Positions 28,862 to 37,467 of a stretch of DNA of 64,000 nucleotides are shown in pieces. The stretch covers positions 1,095 through 65,094 of the forward strand of contig CAUWLU010000006.1 in the NCBI GenBank assembly GCA_963559705.1, written 5' to 3'. Source of the stretch: an uncultured Acutalibacter sp. (GTDB taxonomy: Bacteria > Bacillota > Clostridia > Oscillospirales > Acutalibacteraceae). Both the position numbers and the translations under genes were made by a program. The stretch's first letter is position 1; each line of letters starts with the position of its first letter. The notes under the pieces were generated by a model. It saw only the letters and a list, made by a program, of their open reading frames with translations, ran no database searches and had not been told where the DNA came from.

Positions 28862-31600
28862 TCAGATGGTCAGCGCATTGTGCAGGACCGCTGCCATCTC
28901 GGCTCTGGATATCGCGTTCCGGGGCTTCAGCCGTCGGTTGCCGTCCCCGCTGACCACGCCCATCTGCACCAAGGCAGCGACGCGCTGTTCTGCGTAATCC
29001 ACGATCGCGGCGCGGTCTGAAAACCGGTTGAGAACGGACAGATCCCCCTGGGGGACCTCCATCCCGCCTGCCAGCATCGCCTGATAAAGCATCACCATGG
29101 CGTCCTGACGGGTGATGTTCCTATTGGGGTAGAACCGTCCGGTACCGTCCCCCATCACCACGCCGTTCTGCTGAGCAGCCGCTACTGCCCAGGCATAATA
29201 GGCGTTGGTGGGCACATCGGTAAAGGTGGAAGGCCCGTTGTTCGTCAACTGGAAGGTTTTGCACAGCATGATGGCAAAATCCCCGCGAGTGATGGGGCTT
29301 CCAGGATTATACCGGCGGTTTCCGACGCCGCTGACAATCCCAGCGCTGTAAAGGAATTCCACTGCGGGCTGCGCCCAGCGATGTCCGCCCATATCTGTAA
29401 AATGAGGCGCAAAGTAATTGTTGCCCAAGGACACCGTAACGCTGCCTGTAAAGTTCTTCCCATTTCTATCATACCCCATGTAAGAGAAGCTTACCCGGCC
29501 CGTATAGCCGGCCCGAGGCACGTACACCAAGCTCTTGGCGTTGTCCCCTGTGATGACGCACTGGGTTTTGCTGTCCACTGCGGTCCCTTTGTCCGTAATG
29601 GTCTGATAGCCCAGGTAGAGATGCCCCACACTGCTGTCCGGCAGCGAGAGAAATGTGATATAGTCCAGCTCAGCGTTCAGAATCGTCTGGCAGGCATTGG
29701 AGAAATCCGACCCCCGAAACCGCACCGGCAAAGACGTGCCGGAATACCGGATGGACGAAGAACCGGGCACATTGGCTTCGATCTGAACCGTGCCCTTCAC
29801 TGCGCCGCCTTCCCGCTCCACTCCTATATAAGTAAAGCTGTCCTTCACTTGCTGGGTGCCCGTGGGCACATAGGTCACATCGGAAAGCAGCAGGTCGCTG
29901 GGCAAAAGCTTCTTCACAAAGAGCGCTGTTCTATTCAGATCAGCATCTCCCAGCTCCCTTTGCTTTGCCTCGCCATAGTGCAAGTACAGCTTGCCGCTTT
30001 TGGGAAGGGATGTGAGGAAAACATAGTTCAGTTCTCGGCCGGTCGCAGCAGAACAGGCGTCGGCAAAATCATTGCCGTCCATGGTGACGCCGCTTGAGCC
30101 GCTGGTGTATTGGATATCCTGCAGGGTATCGAACTCCTCGCCGGAACCCTCCACCGTGATGGTCAAGGTGCCGTTGTAGGGCTGCAAGCCACCGCTGCCC
30201 ACGGCTGTGTAGGGGATTTTCACCGTACCGGTATAGCCCGTGGCGGGCAAAAAGCTCACCAGGTCCAGGCGGGGATTGCTGTCGCGGTAATAGTCCTTGC
30301 CAGCCTCCACGCGCTGAATGTAGACGTTGGTGACGTCGTAATCATAATACAAGGTCCCCTGAACGGTATCCGGAAGCTGGAAGCGCACGGACCGCAGCGA
30401 GCTTCCCGCAGTCACCTGACGGTAAATGGCCGCAAAGTCATCCACCTCAAAGTGGACGGGGTCCCCGGCAGTGGCATAGGCCACATCCGCCCTGCCTCCC
30501 ACGGAGATTCGAATCGTCCCCGTGTAGGAGTTTTTGGAGGTCCCGTAGGCAGTGAAGCTGATCTCTGCCTGGCCGGAAAACTCCGGATTGGGCACAAAGG
30601 TGATGTCGCTGAAGTTCCTGTGACCGGAGTCGGATGGGTCGATGTAGTAGACGTCCGTGGCTCCCACGCCGCCGCCGGTGTTCCCGGAGGAGACGTAGTG
30701 ATAGTACAGCACGCCCTGCTTGGGAGACACCGCCAGGCTGCGGACATACTGGAGCGGCTCTCCAAGATTTGTGGCACAATTTTCCTGAAGCTGCCCGACC
30801 AAATTCTTCATGGAGAGCGGCTCGCGCTTGTCATAATCATAATCGATGATGAGGTTTTCGTTCTCCACCACCTGGACCTTGCAGGCCGCAACAAAATCGT
30901 TGACCGTGGCGGTGATCCTCGTCTCGCCGATGGATTGGGAGGTCACCATACCCTGCACCACATAAGCCACGCTGGCAGATTCGCTGAGCCACACGGGAGT
31001 GACGCCCTCGGCCTTGCCATAGGCATGGCAGGTGATCTGCTTCTGCTCTCCCTGCAGGATCTCCAGGGGCTGCAGTTCGCTGCAGATCATCCCCTCCGGG
31101 TCGGTCAGCACCAGGCCGGACACTTTCACAACTCGCTTTGCCGTGCCTGTGATGATTTTTCCGTCAGCGACTGTCACGCTGGCTGTCAAGGTCACCTCAA
31201 CGCCGCCGGGCTGATTCGCTTTTACGCTGGCCTTGCAGTCCCCGGCCCCCTGCAAAGTCGTTTCTTGAGGCGTCAACTCGATTGGATTGTACTCCTCGTC
31301 CATCACGGAATCTATGGGCACGGTGGTCCACTCCAGATTGACCTCCGGCGGGGAATCCGGCGCATTCGTGTCATATTGCAAATCCACGTGAGCAGTCAGG
31401 TCCTCCGTATCCCCCATATCCAAAACCAATGCATTATCCCGAGAAAAATTCACCGAAATCCCGGTTGGGAATACCTGGTCTGCCGGGGAAGCCGACACGC
31501 TCCCCCCATCCTCCCCCTGCGCCAGCGCCGGCGTGCCCCACATCAGCAGGGCAGCGGCCAGCAAACCGGACACAAGGCGTTTTGCTGTTTTTCTTTGCAT
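28862..31600 (-). CDS. secreted cell-surface protein, 912 aa: signal peptide, Ig-like (Big_2-type) region, four tandem ~115-aa repeats, three C-terminal SLH domains
   Basis: Signal peptide MQRKTAKRLVSGLLAAALLMWGTPALA. ITATVNDFVAACKVQV resembles the end of a Big_2 domain. The three SLH units start at FTDMGGHRWAQPAVEFLYSAGIVSG, FTDVPTNAYYAWAVAAAQQNGVVMG and FSDRAAIVDYAEQRVAALVQMGVVSG. Confidence 0.85.
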   Translation of the reverse strand: MQRKTAKRLVSGLLAAALLMWGTPALAQGEDGGSVSASPADQVFPTGISVNFSRDNALVLDMGDTEDLTAHVDLQYDTNAPDSPPEVNLEWTTVPIDSVMDEEYNPIELTPQETTLQGAGDCKASVKANQPGGVEVTLTASVTVADGKIITGTAKRVVKVSGLVLTDPEGMICSELQPLEILQGEQKQITCHAYGKAEGVTPVWLSESASVAYVVQGMVTSQSIGETRITATVNDFVAACKVQVVENENLIIDYDYDKREPLSMKNLVGQLQENCATNLGEPLQYVRSLAVSPKQGVLYYHYVSSGNTGGGVGATDVYYIDPSDSGHRNFSDITFVPNPEFSGQAEISFTAYGTSKNSYTGTIRISVGGRADVAYATAGDPVHFEVDDFAAIYRQVTAGSSLRSVRFQLPDTVQGTLYYDYDVTNVYIQRVEAGKDYYRDSNPRLDLVSFLPATGYTGTVKIPYTAVGSGGLQPYNGTLTITVEGSGEEFDTLQDIQYTSGSSGVTMDGNDFADACSAATGRELNYVFLTSLPKSGKLYLHYGEAKQRELGDADLNRTALFVKKLLPSDLLLSDVTYVPTGTQQVKDSFTYIGVEREGGAVKGTVQIEANVPGSSSIRYSGTSLPVRFRGSDFSNACQTILNAELDYITFLSLPDSSVGHLYLGYQTITDKGTAVDSKTQCVITGDNAKSLVYVPRAGYTGRVSFSYMGYDRNGKNFTGSVTVSLGNNYFAPHFTDMGGHRWAQPAVEFLYSAGIVSGVGNRRYNPGSPITRGDFAIMLCKTFQLTNNGPSTFTDVPTNAYYAWAVAAAQQNGVVMGDGTGRFYPNRNITRQDAMVMLYQAMLAGGMEVPQGDLSVLNRFSDRAAIVDYAEQRVAALVQMGVVSGDGNRRLKPRNAISRAEMAAVLHNALTI
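28865..29404 (-). other. three SLH (S-layer homology) wall-anchor domains at the C-terminus of the 912-aa protein
   Basis: aa 733-912, with the three F(T/S)D...G(I/V)(V/M)xG...(I/L)(T/S)R(x)(D/E) units quoted above. Confidence 0.85.
29423..30838 (-). repeat. four tandem protein-level repeats (~115 aa each, aa ~255-726) inside the 912-aa SLH protein
   Basis: A recurring pattern appears four times. First comes F..aC...g..L.Y(V/I).F, then LP..G.LY..Y, then (V/T)(Y/F)VP..GYTG, then Y.G, then (Y/F)(T/N)G(T/S)(I/V/L).(I/V). Example: NYVFLTSLPKSGKLYLHY / DYITFLSLPDSSVGHLYLGY. Confidence 0.75.
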
Positions 31601-31611
31601 GGCGCCTCCTA

Positions 31612-34600
31612 TCAGTTATTTTCGGCGGGCGGCGTTGAAATCCATTTGGGCCAAGGCTCCCCGTTACTGTCTTTAGCAGTAGTATCGAGCTGCAATCTTA
31701 TTGATCGCCCCAAATTATTTCCTGCCTCGTCACAAATATAACCCTGCTTGAATACCACTATAGCTGCTGAATGACCTGCATCCGCAAATTCAATCGTAAT
31801 GGTACTGCCGCCACTGTCTGTATCAATTTTAGCTGACTGAATACAAGTTCCTTGCAAATATCCCTTAATATTTTTATTTGTAAGCGATACTCGTTCACCA
31901 GTGTTAGAATTGTACATATAAATGGGTTCATCAAAAACAAGGCTCAATGTACCGGAATACAAATAATTTTGAGGAGCTTTCTGCCATTCGTTTGGACCTA
32001 CCAATCCATTTGGTGGTGTCAATTCTTTTGCAAGTGGATTGACCTGACTTAAAGCATCTACATAAGTTGGCGGCGTAGTATCGGATTTCTGCACGCCTGC
32101 AGCGGCGTGGAAGGCATACTCCTGTCCCTCGATATGCCGGGCCGCAGCAATAAAGTAATACTGCCCGATCGTATCCAAACGGCAAGTGACCGTTTGATTA
32201 ACATTGGCCACCAACTCAGGGATGTTACCCTGATCCGTTGTGGCACCAGCCGTCTTGTCCACAACGTAATCGTACAAAGTGTTGTATGCTGTCTCATTTG
32301 CAAGCAGGTCAAACACGGTTTGATCGGTCGTTCCCACACGCGTCAACAAGGCGTCTAATACCGTACAATCTTTAGAGATCTTCAACCCGTCTACAGCCTT
32401 ATCCCAAGTTGGATACGTCCCATTAGTGTCATCAAAATAATCCTTGAACAGTTTTCCCAACAGGCCGTAGCTGCCCTTATTGTACGTGGTGGGAATCACA
32501 ATCCACTCCACAGAGGAGGTCACATGTGTTTTGACCGTGACCTCATTGCCGTTTACACCAAGGCCAATCTTGGGAACCTCCACCTTGGTTGTGGTAAATT
32601 TGTACATATAAACCGGGGAGATATTCTGAGAATCACCTTGAATCACAAAGAACGCATAGTACGTGGTATCGGGTATCAAATTCTCTACACGTTCACTCAC
32701 AACACCCGTATCCACACTGACACGGCCTTTTTTGATGTCCGCATTGATGTAGTTACCCTGGTAGATATCTTGCTGTGTAGGCGTCAGCAACTCAGGACAC
32801 CTGTTGGTCTCCGCACCACTGGTGGGCACATCATTAAGTTTTACAGGTCCATCCTTAGTTGTAGCAGGAACTGTAGGAGAACTAATGGTATCACTTGCCG
32901 CAGGAGCCAAAACATAGTAAATGGTGCCACGACGGCTCAACTGCAGTTCCATATCCACAAAGGAATCACTGGGCCGGAACAGAGGATAGCTACCTGCAAA
33001 GGTGGGCGGTGTCTGATCGGTAAACTGACGGGACACGGAGAAGTTCTCCGGATCACCCACAGGGCTGATGGAGCCCGAGGAAACCAGATTATTCCAGATA
33101 TCCTCTGTACTGGCGCCACTGCCTGCATTTCGCAGGTTCGAATCCACACCGGCGGGCAGCGTGACGCGGATCTCCACATTCTGGCTCCAAGTGTTGGGGT
33201 CCAAGTTGCCTTCCACTTTGGTGACATGGATAGCGTACTGATAGGTATACTTCTCGTTCAACTTACCCAGCCACGGGAAGTTCCCCTGGGTATTGCCCGC
33301 ATCTCTCACAGAAATATACCGCCACTCGTTGTTATTGGTTGTAATGGAATAAGAACCCAATTTATTCCAATTTTGCGCGTCAGGGGATACACCTTTTTCA
33401 ACTGCCATAGGATCGGTTGCGTCTTTTACCACATTGCCGTCCGAATCTACCACACGGCTGTAAAGGTCGAATTCGACCGCCAAATTGGCCCACAGGAAGA
33501 TATCATAGTTGGAGCCTAACGACACAGCGCCGGTGGACAGGGGGTACATTTCAAAGGCCATATCCACTTGAACGTTTTTGCCCTGCTCCTGAGGCGGAGT
33601 GGCGATGTTGGTGGGGGCCAAATCGATCCGCGCAAAAGCCGTGGTGAACACTGGCGTCAAGGTGGGGTCCTGCATGGGATTGCGGTTGTCAGAAGTATCG
33701 GCAATGCGATGCAGCACAAAGCGGTACGTGCCGCCGCTGGCCAGCTTGACAGCGCCGGCTCCGTCGTTATAGGGGAAGGCAATGATGGTCTTGCCATCCT
33801 TCATCTTCACTTCCACTTTGCTGTAGTCCACCCACTGCAGCTGATTTTCGCCGGTTCCCTGTTTTTCGGAAACTTCTTCCCAGCGATTGTTGTTGCCGCG
33901 CACCTGCAGGATCACATCTGTCCGCAGCAAATTTGCCAATTTCTCTTTATTGTTATCCTGGAAAAGCTCATAGAACACCTGCAGCTCTTTAGAGTCCAGA
34001 ATCCCCTCGCTGAACACAAGCTCGATATCCGTATCAGCCATGGGCTCTTTTCCTTCCTCGTCCGCAGTCTTGGTAAACTGCTGCTCGACGGAAGGCGGGG
34101 TATTATCCAGGGTGTGGATGGTGATCTTACGCACGGACTGAGAATAGTTGCCCGCGGCGTCCTGAGCCACATAATACAAATCGTAGCCGGTCTCGCGCTC
34201 CAGCCCGGTGATATTCAAGGTGACATTGGTGTTGGCGTTGGCCTGCACATTGCCGGATTTCAAAGCCCCGGCGCCTGTGACAACCGCCACCTTCGCCGCC
34301 AGCTCGTCCAGAGCGGGAGGCTCAGTGGAGCCCATCATCGGGTCCGGATAGCTGTCGCCCTGCGCCACCAGCGCCCAATAAATGGTTCCCTTCTCATTGA
34401 GCATGGCCTGCAAACCCACGCTGGTCGCCTGGACGGATGTGACCGTGGGTTCTGTGACAAACACGGGAGGCGTGCCGTCCACCGTTTTAAAGGTGAGCTT
34501 CTGAACATTGGAATTCAAGCCGCCGTCCGCGTCGATCAGGCACAGATAGAGATCGTAATCCACCTGCTCCTGCAAATTCTGATTGTTCACATAAAACAGA

Positions 34601-36495
34601 TCAATGACGTTCCTCGTCACGTCCCGAATACCGGAACCCAAGTTGCCGCTGAGAGAACCCGTCTTAAAGTCCTGCACGGTGGGCGCTTCGCTGCCCTTGG
34701 GGAACACGGCGTAGTACAGCTGGCAGGACTTGTTGGCCATCACAGCGACCTGTCCGGAAGTGTTGGTGATCTTGGACATATAGGGGTACCCGGAGGTAAA
34801 CTTGGGCACCGTATTGTCCGGCGTGGAAAAGGCAGTGACCTTGACAGAGCTGCGCTTGCCGCGGCTATCCACCGCAATGGCGGAAATATAATAGGAGCCG
34901 TCCGAATTGAGCTTGGAAAGCTTCGCGGTCCCCTCTTCCCCAGAGCGGCCCACCTGAATGGAGCCATTGCTCAAAATGCCCCCGCCGTATGCAGGAGGAT
35001 TGATCAGGTCATCCTCTTCCACAGAGCCGTCCGTGGTAGCGGAAAGCGCCCAGTAGATGGTGGAGGCCTTATTGGCCGCAAATACACCGCTGGCAGTGGT
35101 AGGAGCCACATTCTTTGCAGCAGGATATCCGGCCAGCAGCCGGGGATCGGCAGAGGACTCAGCCGCTGCGGTGCTGTCCATTTCCTGTCCGTTGACGTTG
35201 GCGCTGATGCCGGGGCGGATTATGATGGTATCCGGGAGCTGCTCGATGGTGCAGCCCGGAGCATTGACGTTGGCATGGCCGATATCGCCCTTGCCGTTGA
35301 CTGTGGTGCCCACGTCCAGATTCAAGTTTCCAACGCTGGCTCCCTTATCAATGGTCAGCGTGGAATTGATGGCCGCCTCATCGATGGTCACTGTGGCAGC
35401 CGGTCCCTGTGCAATGGTCAGGTGGGAATCCGGCGTTTTGTTGATGACCTCTTTGATATTGCCCGCCACCTGCAAAGACAGTCCGTTCTCCCCGTCCAGC
35501 TGAATGGACAGTAGGCCGTAGGGGGACTCGGTGGCGTCTTCGATATAGGCATCCGTGCGCACATGGGTCACATTCACTGTGGTATCGCCTTCCGCGCGGA
35601 TGGATACAAACTGATTGGACAAGCCGTCCACTACCATTTCCTGAGCAGAAACGTTCCGCAGGATCACGCTGCTTTCGCCGGCATTGCTTTCACCGGCGCC
35701 GCTGATTACGATCCTGCCCAAAACCGTGACGTTTTCCAGCAGCACCTCGCCAAGCCCAACGCCGCCGGTGATGTACAAGTTGCCGGCTATCACGGTATCC
35801 TTCAGATGAACGCCGGAGGTGTTGATGACCAGGTTTCCATACACACCGCCCAGAGTGGTCTCCCCAGGCTCCTTGATCAAATTTCCAATGGCTTTTACGA
35901 GAATGGTCGCGGTTTCACCACGGGAAATATTGTTCCTGGGACGGAAGGTGCCGTCCGGATAACCGCTTACAATGCCGCATTCCGACACAGCGCGAATCCA
36001 CCCCTTGGCCCAGGAGCTGAAGGTGCGGCTGTCTGTAAAGCCCAACACCTCGCCGGGCTGGGTCTGCAGCATCAAGTTCTTGCCCAAAATGACCATCGCC
36101 TGCTCGCGAGTCAGAGGGTCGTTGGGCGACGCAGTGGTCGCCGAAGTGCCATACAAATAGCCCTGGTTATAGGCAATGGCAATATCATCCGCAAACCAGT
36201 CCTTGGATTTTACGTCTTTAAAGGGATGGGGGCCCACCTCTTTATAGCCAAAGGCGCGGTTGATCATGGTGCAGAACTCCGCGCGGGTGATGTCCCTGTT
36301 AGGCTCCAAATTGCCCTGCAGGTCGCCCCGCATAACGCCCCACTCCATCACCTTTTTCAAATACTGATCCATCCAGGAGGCAGCCTGCACCTGGCGCATC
36401 AGCGGGGGCGCGGCGCCCCAGATCAGCGTCACGGCCAGAAGCACTGCAAGCAGTCTCTTCCAAGGTCTTTGCTTTGTTTTCTTCATATCGCTCAC
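31612..36495 (-). CDS. secreted giant cell-surface / S-layer-like protein, 1627 aa: signal peptide, three N-terminal SLH domains, beta-helix-like segment, serial Ig/FN3-like modules
   Basis: Signal peptide MSDMKKTKQRPWKRLLAVLLAVTLIWGAAPPLMRQVQA. The three SLH units are ...WGVMRGDLQGNLEPNRDITRAEF, FKDVKSKDWFADDIAIAYNQGYLYG and FTDSRTFSSWAKGWIRAVSECGIVSG. Modules are bounded by D-x-T-(P/V)-P linkers. Confidence 0.85.
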   Translation of the reverse strand: MSDMKKTKQRPWKRLLAVLLAVTLIWGAAPPLMRQVQAASWMDQYLKKVMEWGVMRGDLQGNLEPNRDITRAEFCTMINRAFGYKEVGPHPFKDVKSKDWFADDIAIAYNQGYLYGTSATTASPNDPLTREQAMVILGKNLMLQTQPGEVLGFTDSRTFSSWAKGWIRAVSECGIVSGYPDGTFRPRNNISRGETATILVKAIGNLIKEPGETTLGGVYGNLVINTSGVHLKDTVIAGNLYITGGVGLGEVLLENVTVLGRIVISGAGESNAGESSVILRNVSAQEMVVDGLSNQFVSIRAEGDTTVNVTHVRTDAYIEDATESPYGLLSIQLDGENGLSLQVAGNIKEVINKTPDSHLTIAQGPAATVTIDEAAINSTLTIDKGASVGNLNLDVGTTVNGKGDIGHANVNAPGCTIEQLPDTIIIRPGISANVNGQEMDSTAAAESSADPRLLAGYPAAKNVAPTTASGVFAANKASTIYWALSATTDGSVEEDDLINPPAYGGGILSNGSIQVGRSGEEGTAKLSKLNSDGSYYISAIAVDSRGKRSSVKVTAFSTPDNTVPKFTSGYPYMSKITNTSGQVAVMANKSCQLYYAVFPKGSEAPTVQDFKTGSLSGNLGSGIRDVTRNVIDLFYVNNQNLQEQVDYDLYLCLIDADGGLNSNVQKLTFKTVDGTPPVFVTEPTVTSVQATSVGLQAMLNEKGTIYWALVAQGDSYPDPMMGSTEPPALDELAAKVAVVTGAGALKSGNVQANANTNVTLNITGLERETGYDLYYVAQDAAGNYSQSVRKITIHTLDNTPPSVEQQFTKTADEEGKEPMADTDIELVFSEGILDSKELQVFYELFQDNNKEKLANLLRTDVILQVRGNNNRWEEVSEKQGTGENQLQWVDYSKVEVKMKDGKTIIAFPYNDGAGAVKLASGGTYRFVLHRIADTSDNRNPMQDPTLTPVFTTAFARIDLAPTNIATPPQEQGKNVQVDMAFEMYPLSTGAVSLGSNYDIFLWANLAVEFDLYSRVVDSDGNVVKDATDPMAVEKGVSPDAQNWNKLGSYSITTNNNEWRYISVRDAGNTQGNFPWLGKLNEKYTYQYAIHVTKVEGNLDPNTWSQNVEIRVTLPAGVDSNLRNAGSGASTEDIWNNLVSSGSISPVGDPENFSVSRQFTDQTPPTFAGSYPLFRPSDSFVDMELQLSRRGTIYYVLAPAASDTISSPTVPATTKDGPVKLNDVPTSGAETNRCPELLTPTQQDIYQGNYINADIKKGRVSVDTGVVSERVENLIPDTTYYAFFVIQGDSQNISPVYMYKFTTTKVEVPKIGLGVNGNEVTVKTHVTSSVEWIVIPTTYNKGSYGLLGKLFKDYFDDTNGTYPTWDKAVDGLKISKDCTVLDALLTRVGTTDQTVFDLLANETAYNTLYDYVVDKTAGATTDQGNIPELVANVNQTVTCRLDTIGQYYFIAAARHIEGQEYAFHAAAGVQKSDTTPPTYVDALSQVNPLAKELTPPNGLVGPNEWQKAPQNYLYSGTLSLVFDEPIYMYNSNTGERVSLTNKNIKGYLQGTCIQSAKIDTDSGGSTITIEFADAGHSAAIVVFKQGYICDEAGNNLGRSIRLQLDTTAKDSNGEPWPKWISTPPAENN
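35881..36378 (-). other. three SLH wall-anchor domains at the N-terminus of the 1627-aa protein
   Basis: aa ~40-205; motifs as quoted in the CDS entry. Confidence 0.85.
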
Positions 36496-36541
36496 TTACT
36501 CCTTTACTTTCAGATATGCCAAAAGAGCGTCTCAGATAACC

Positions 36542-37147
36542 TCATACGCATGGACAAGCCTTCTTGGGGCGGCTGTGCAGCTGAATGGAAAACACCGCTT
36601 CCCGAAGCAGGCTCTCCTCTCCATTGCAAAGCCCGATGAACTCCGCCGCAAAAAAGAATCCACCGTCCTTCTCCGGACGGGATCGAAGAATCCGGCAGGT
36701 CACCACAAGCGGCTGCGCGGTAATGGGAATCACCACTTCCAAAAGCTCGTCCTTCTCCAAGTGCTCTCCGCACAGAAAACCGATCCCGCCGCAGCTCAAA
36801 TCCACAGATTCTGCCCGGCGCCTTCCCCTCCACTCCCCTGTTACGGGGTAGAGAAAGGTGGAAAACCGGACCGGCATCCGCAGGTTCTGGCGAAGGTCCT
36901 CGTTCAAAACCTGAAGCCCTCCAATCACCGCAACATCGCTGCCAAGGCTCTTCTCCACATGACCCAGCAGCATCCCGGAGCCTTCCGAGATCCCCATAAG
37001 CTGAACCGAGGAACATTCCAGCACGGTCTGCAGCCTATCCTCCGGCACGCGAATGCGAAGCCGCTCTGCCCCTGGGGGGTCCAGCAGATTGCCATAGGCC
37101 AGAGGGCGCTTTTCTGCGTCCAATATCAGATAGCGGGAATTGATCAT
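36542..37147 (-). CDS. PilZ-domain protein (YcgR/MotI-like c-di-GMP receptor, candidate flagellar brake)
   Basis: RxxxR (RQNLRMPVRF) and D-x-S-x-x-G (DLSCGGIGF) PilZ signatures in the C-terminal half. Its ATG overlaps the upstream gene's TGA (ATGA at 37144-37147). Confidence 0.8.
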   Translation of the reverse strand: MINSRYLILDAEKRPLAYGNLLDPPGAERLRIRVPEDRLQTVLECSSVQLMGISEGSGMLLGHVEKSLGSDVAVIGGLQVLNEDLRQNLRMPVRFSTFLYPVTGEWRGRRRAESVDLSCGGIGFLCGEHLEKDELLEVVIPITAQPLVVTCRILRSRPEKDGGFFFAAEFIGLCNGEESLLREAVFSIQLHSRPKKACPCV

Positions 37148-37467
37148 GATGCAGATTCTCCCTCCTCTTTTCCATCCCTGGTACCAGGGTCGAATTTTAA
37201 AAAGTATACGTAAATCTCTACCACAGCTTGATAAAGCTCCTCAGGGATTTCCTGCCCCAGCTTCAATTGGGACAGCACTGTGGCAAGGGAATTATCTTCA
37301 TAAATCGGCACGCCGCTGTCTGCGGCGGTTTCCACGATCTTCTCCGCCAGATACCCCATGCCGGCAGCAACCACCACCGGAGCCGCGTTCTTCCCGCTGT
37401 ATTGCAGGGCCACTGCGCGCTTCGCCGCACCCTGTACCGGTCTTTGCTCATTCTCAGACTTTGACAT
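37144..37467 (-). CDS. stand-alone FlhB C-terminal-domain-like protein (EscU/YscU/HrcU family; B. subtilis YlqH-like)
   Basis: AVALQYSGKNAAPVVVAAGMGYLAEKIVETAADSGVPIYEDNSLATVLSQLKLGQEIPEELYQAVVEIYVYF aligns with the part of FlhB after the NPTH autocleavage site. No NPTH and no TM region are present. The start is taken at ATG 37467; the track uses TTG 37488. Confidence 0.8.
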   Translation of the reverse strand: MSKSENEQRPVQGAAKRAVALQYSGKNAAPVVVAAGMGYLAEKIVETAADSGVPIYEDNSLATVLSQLKLGQEIPEELYQAVVEIYVYFLKFDPGTRDGKEEGESAS

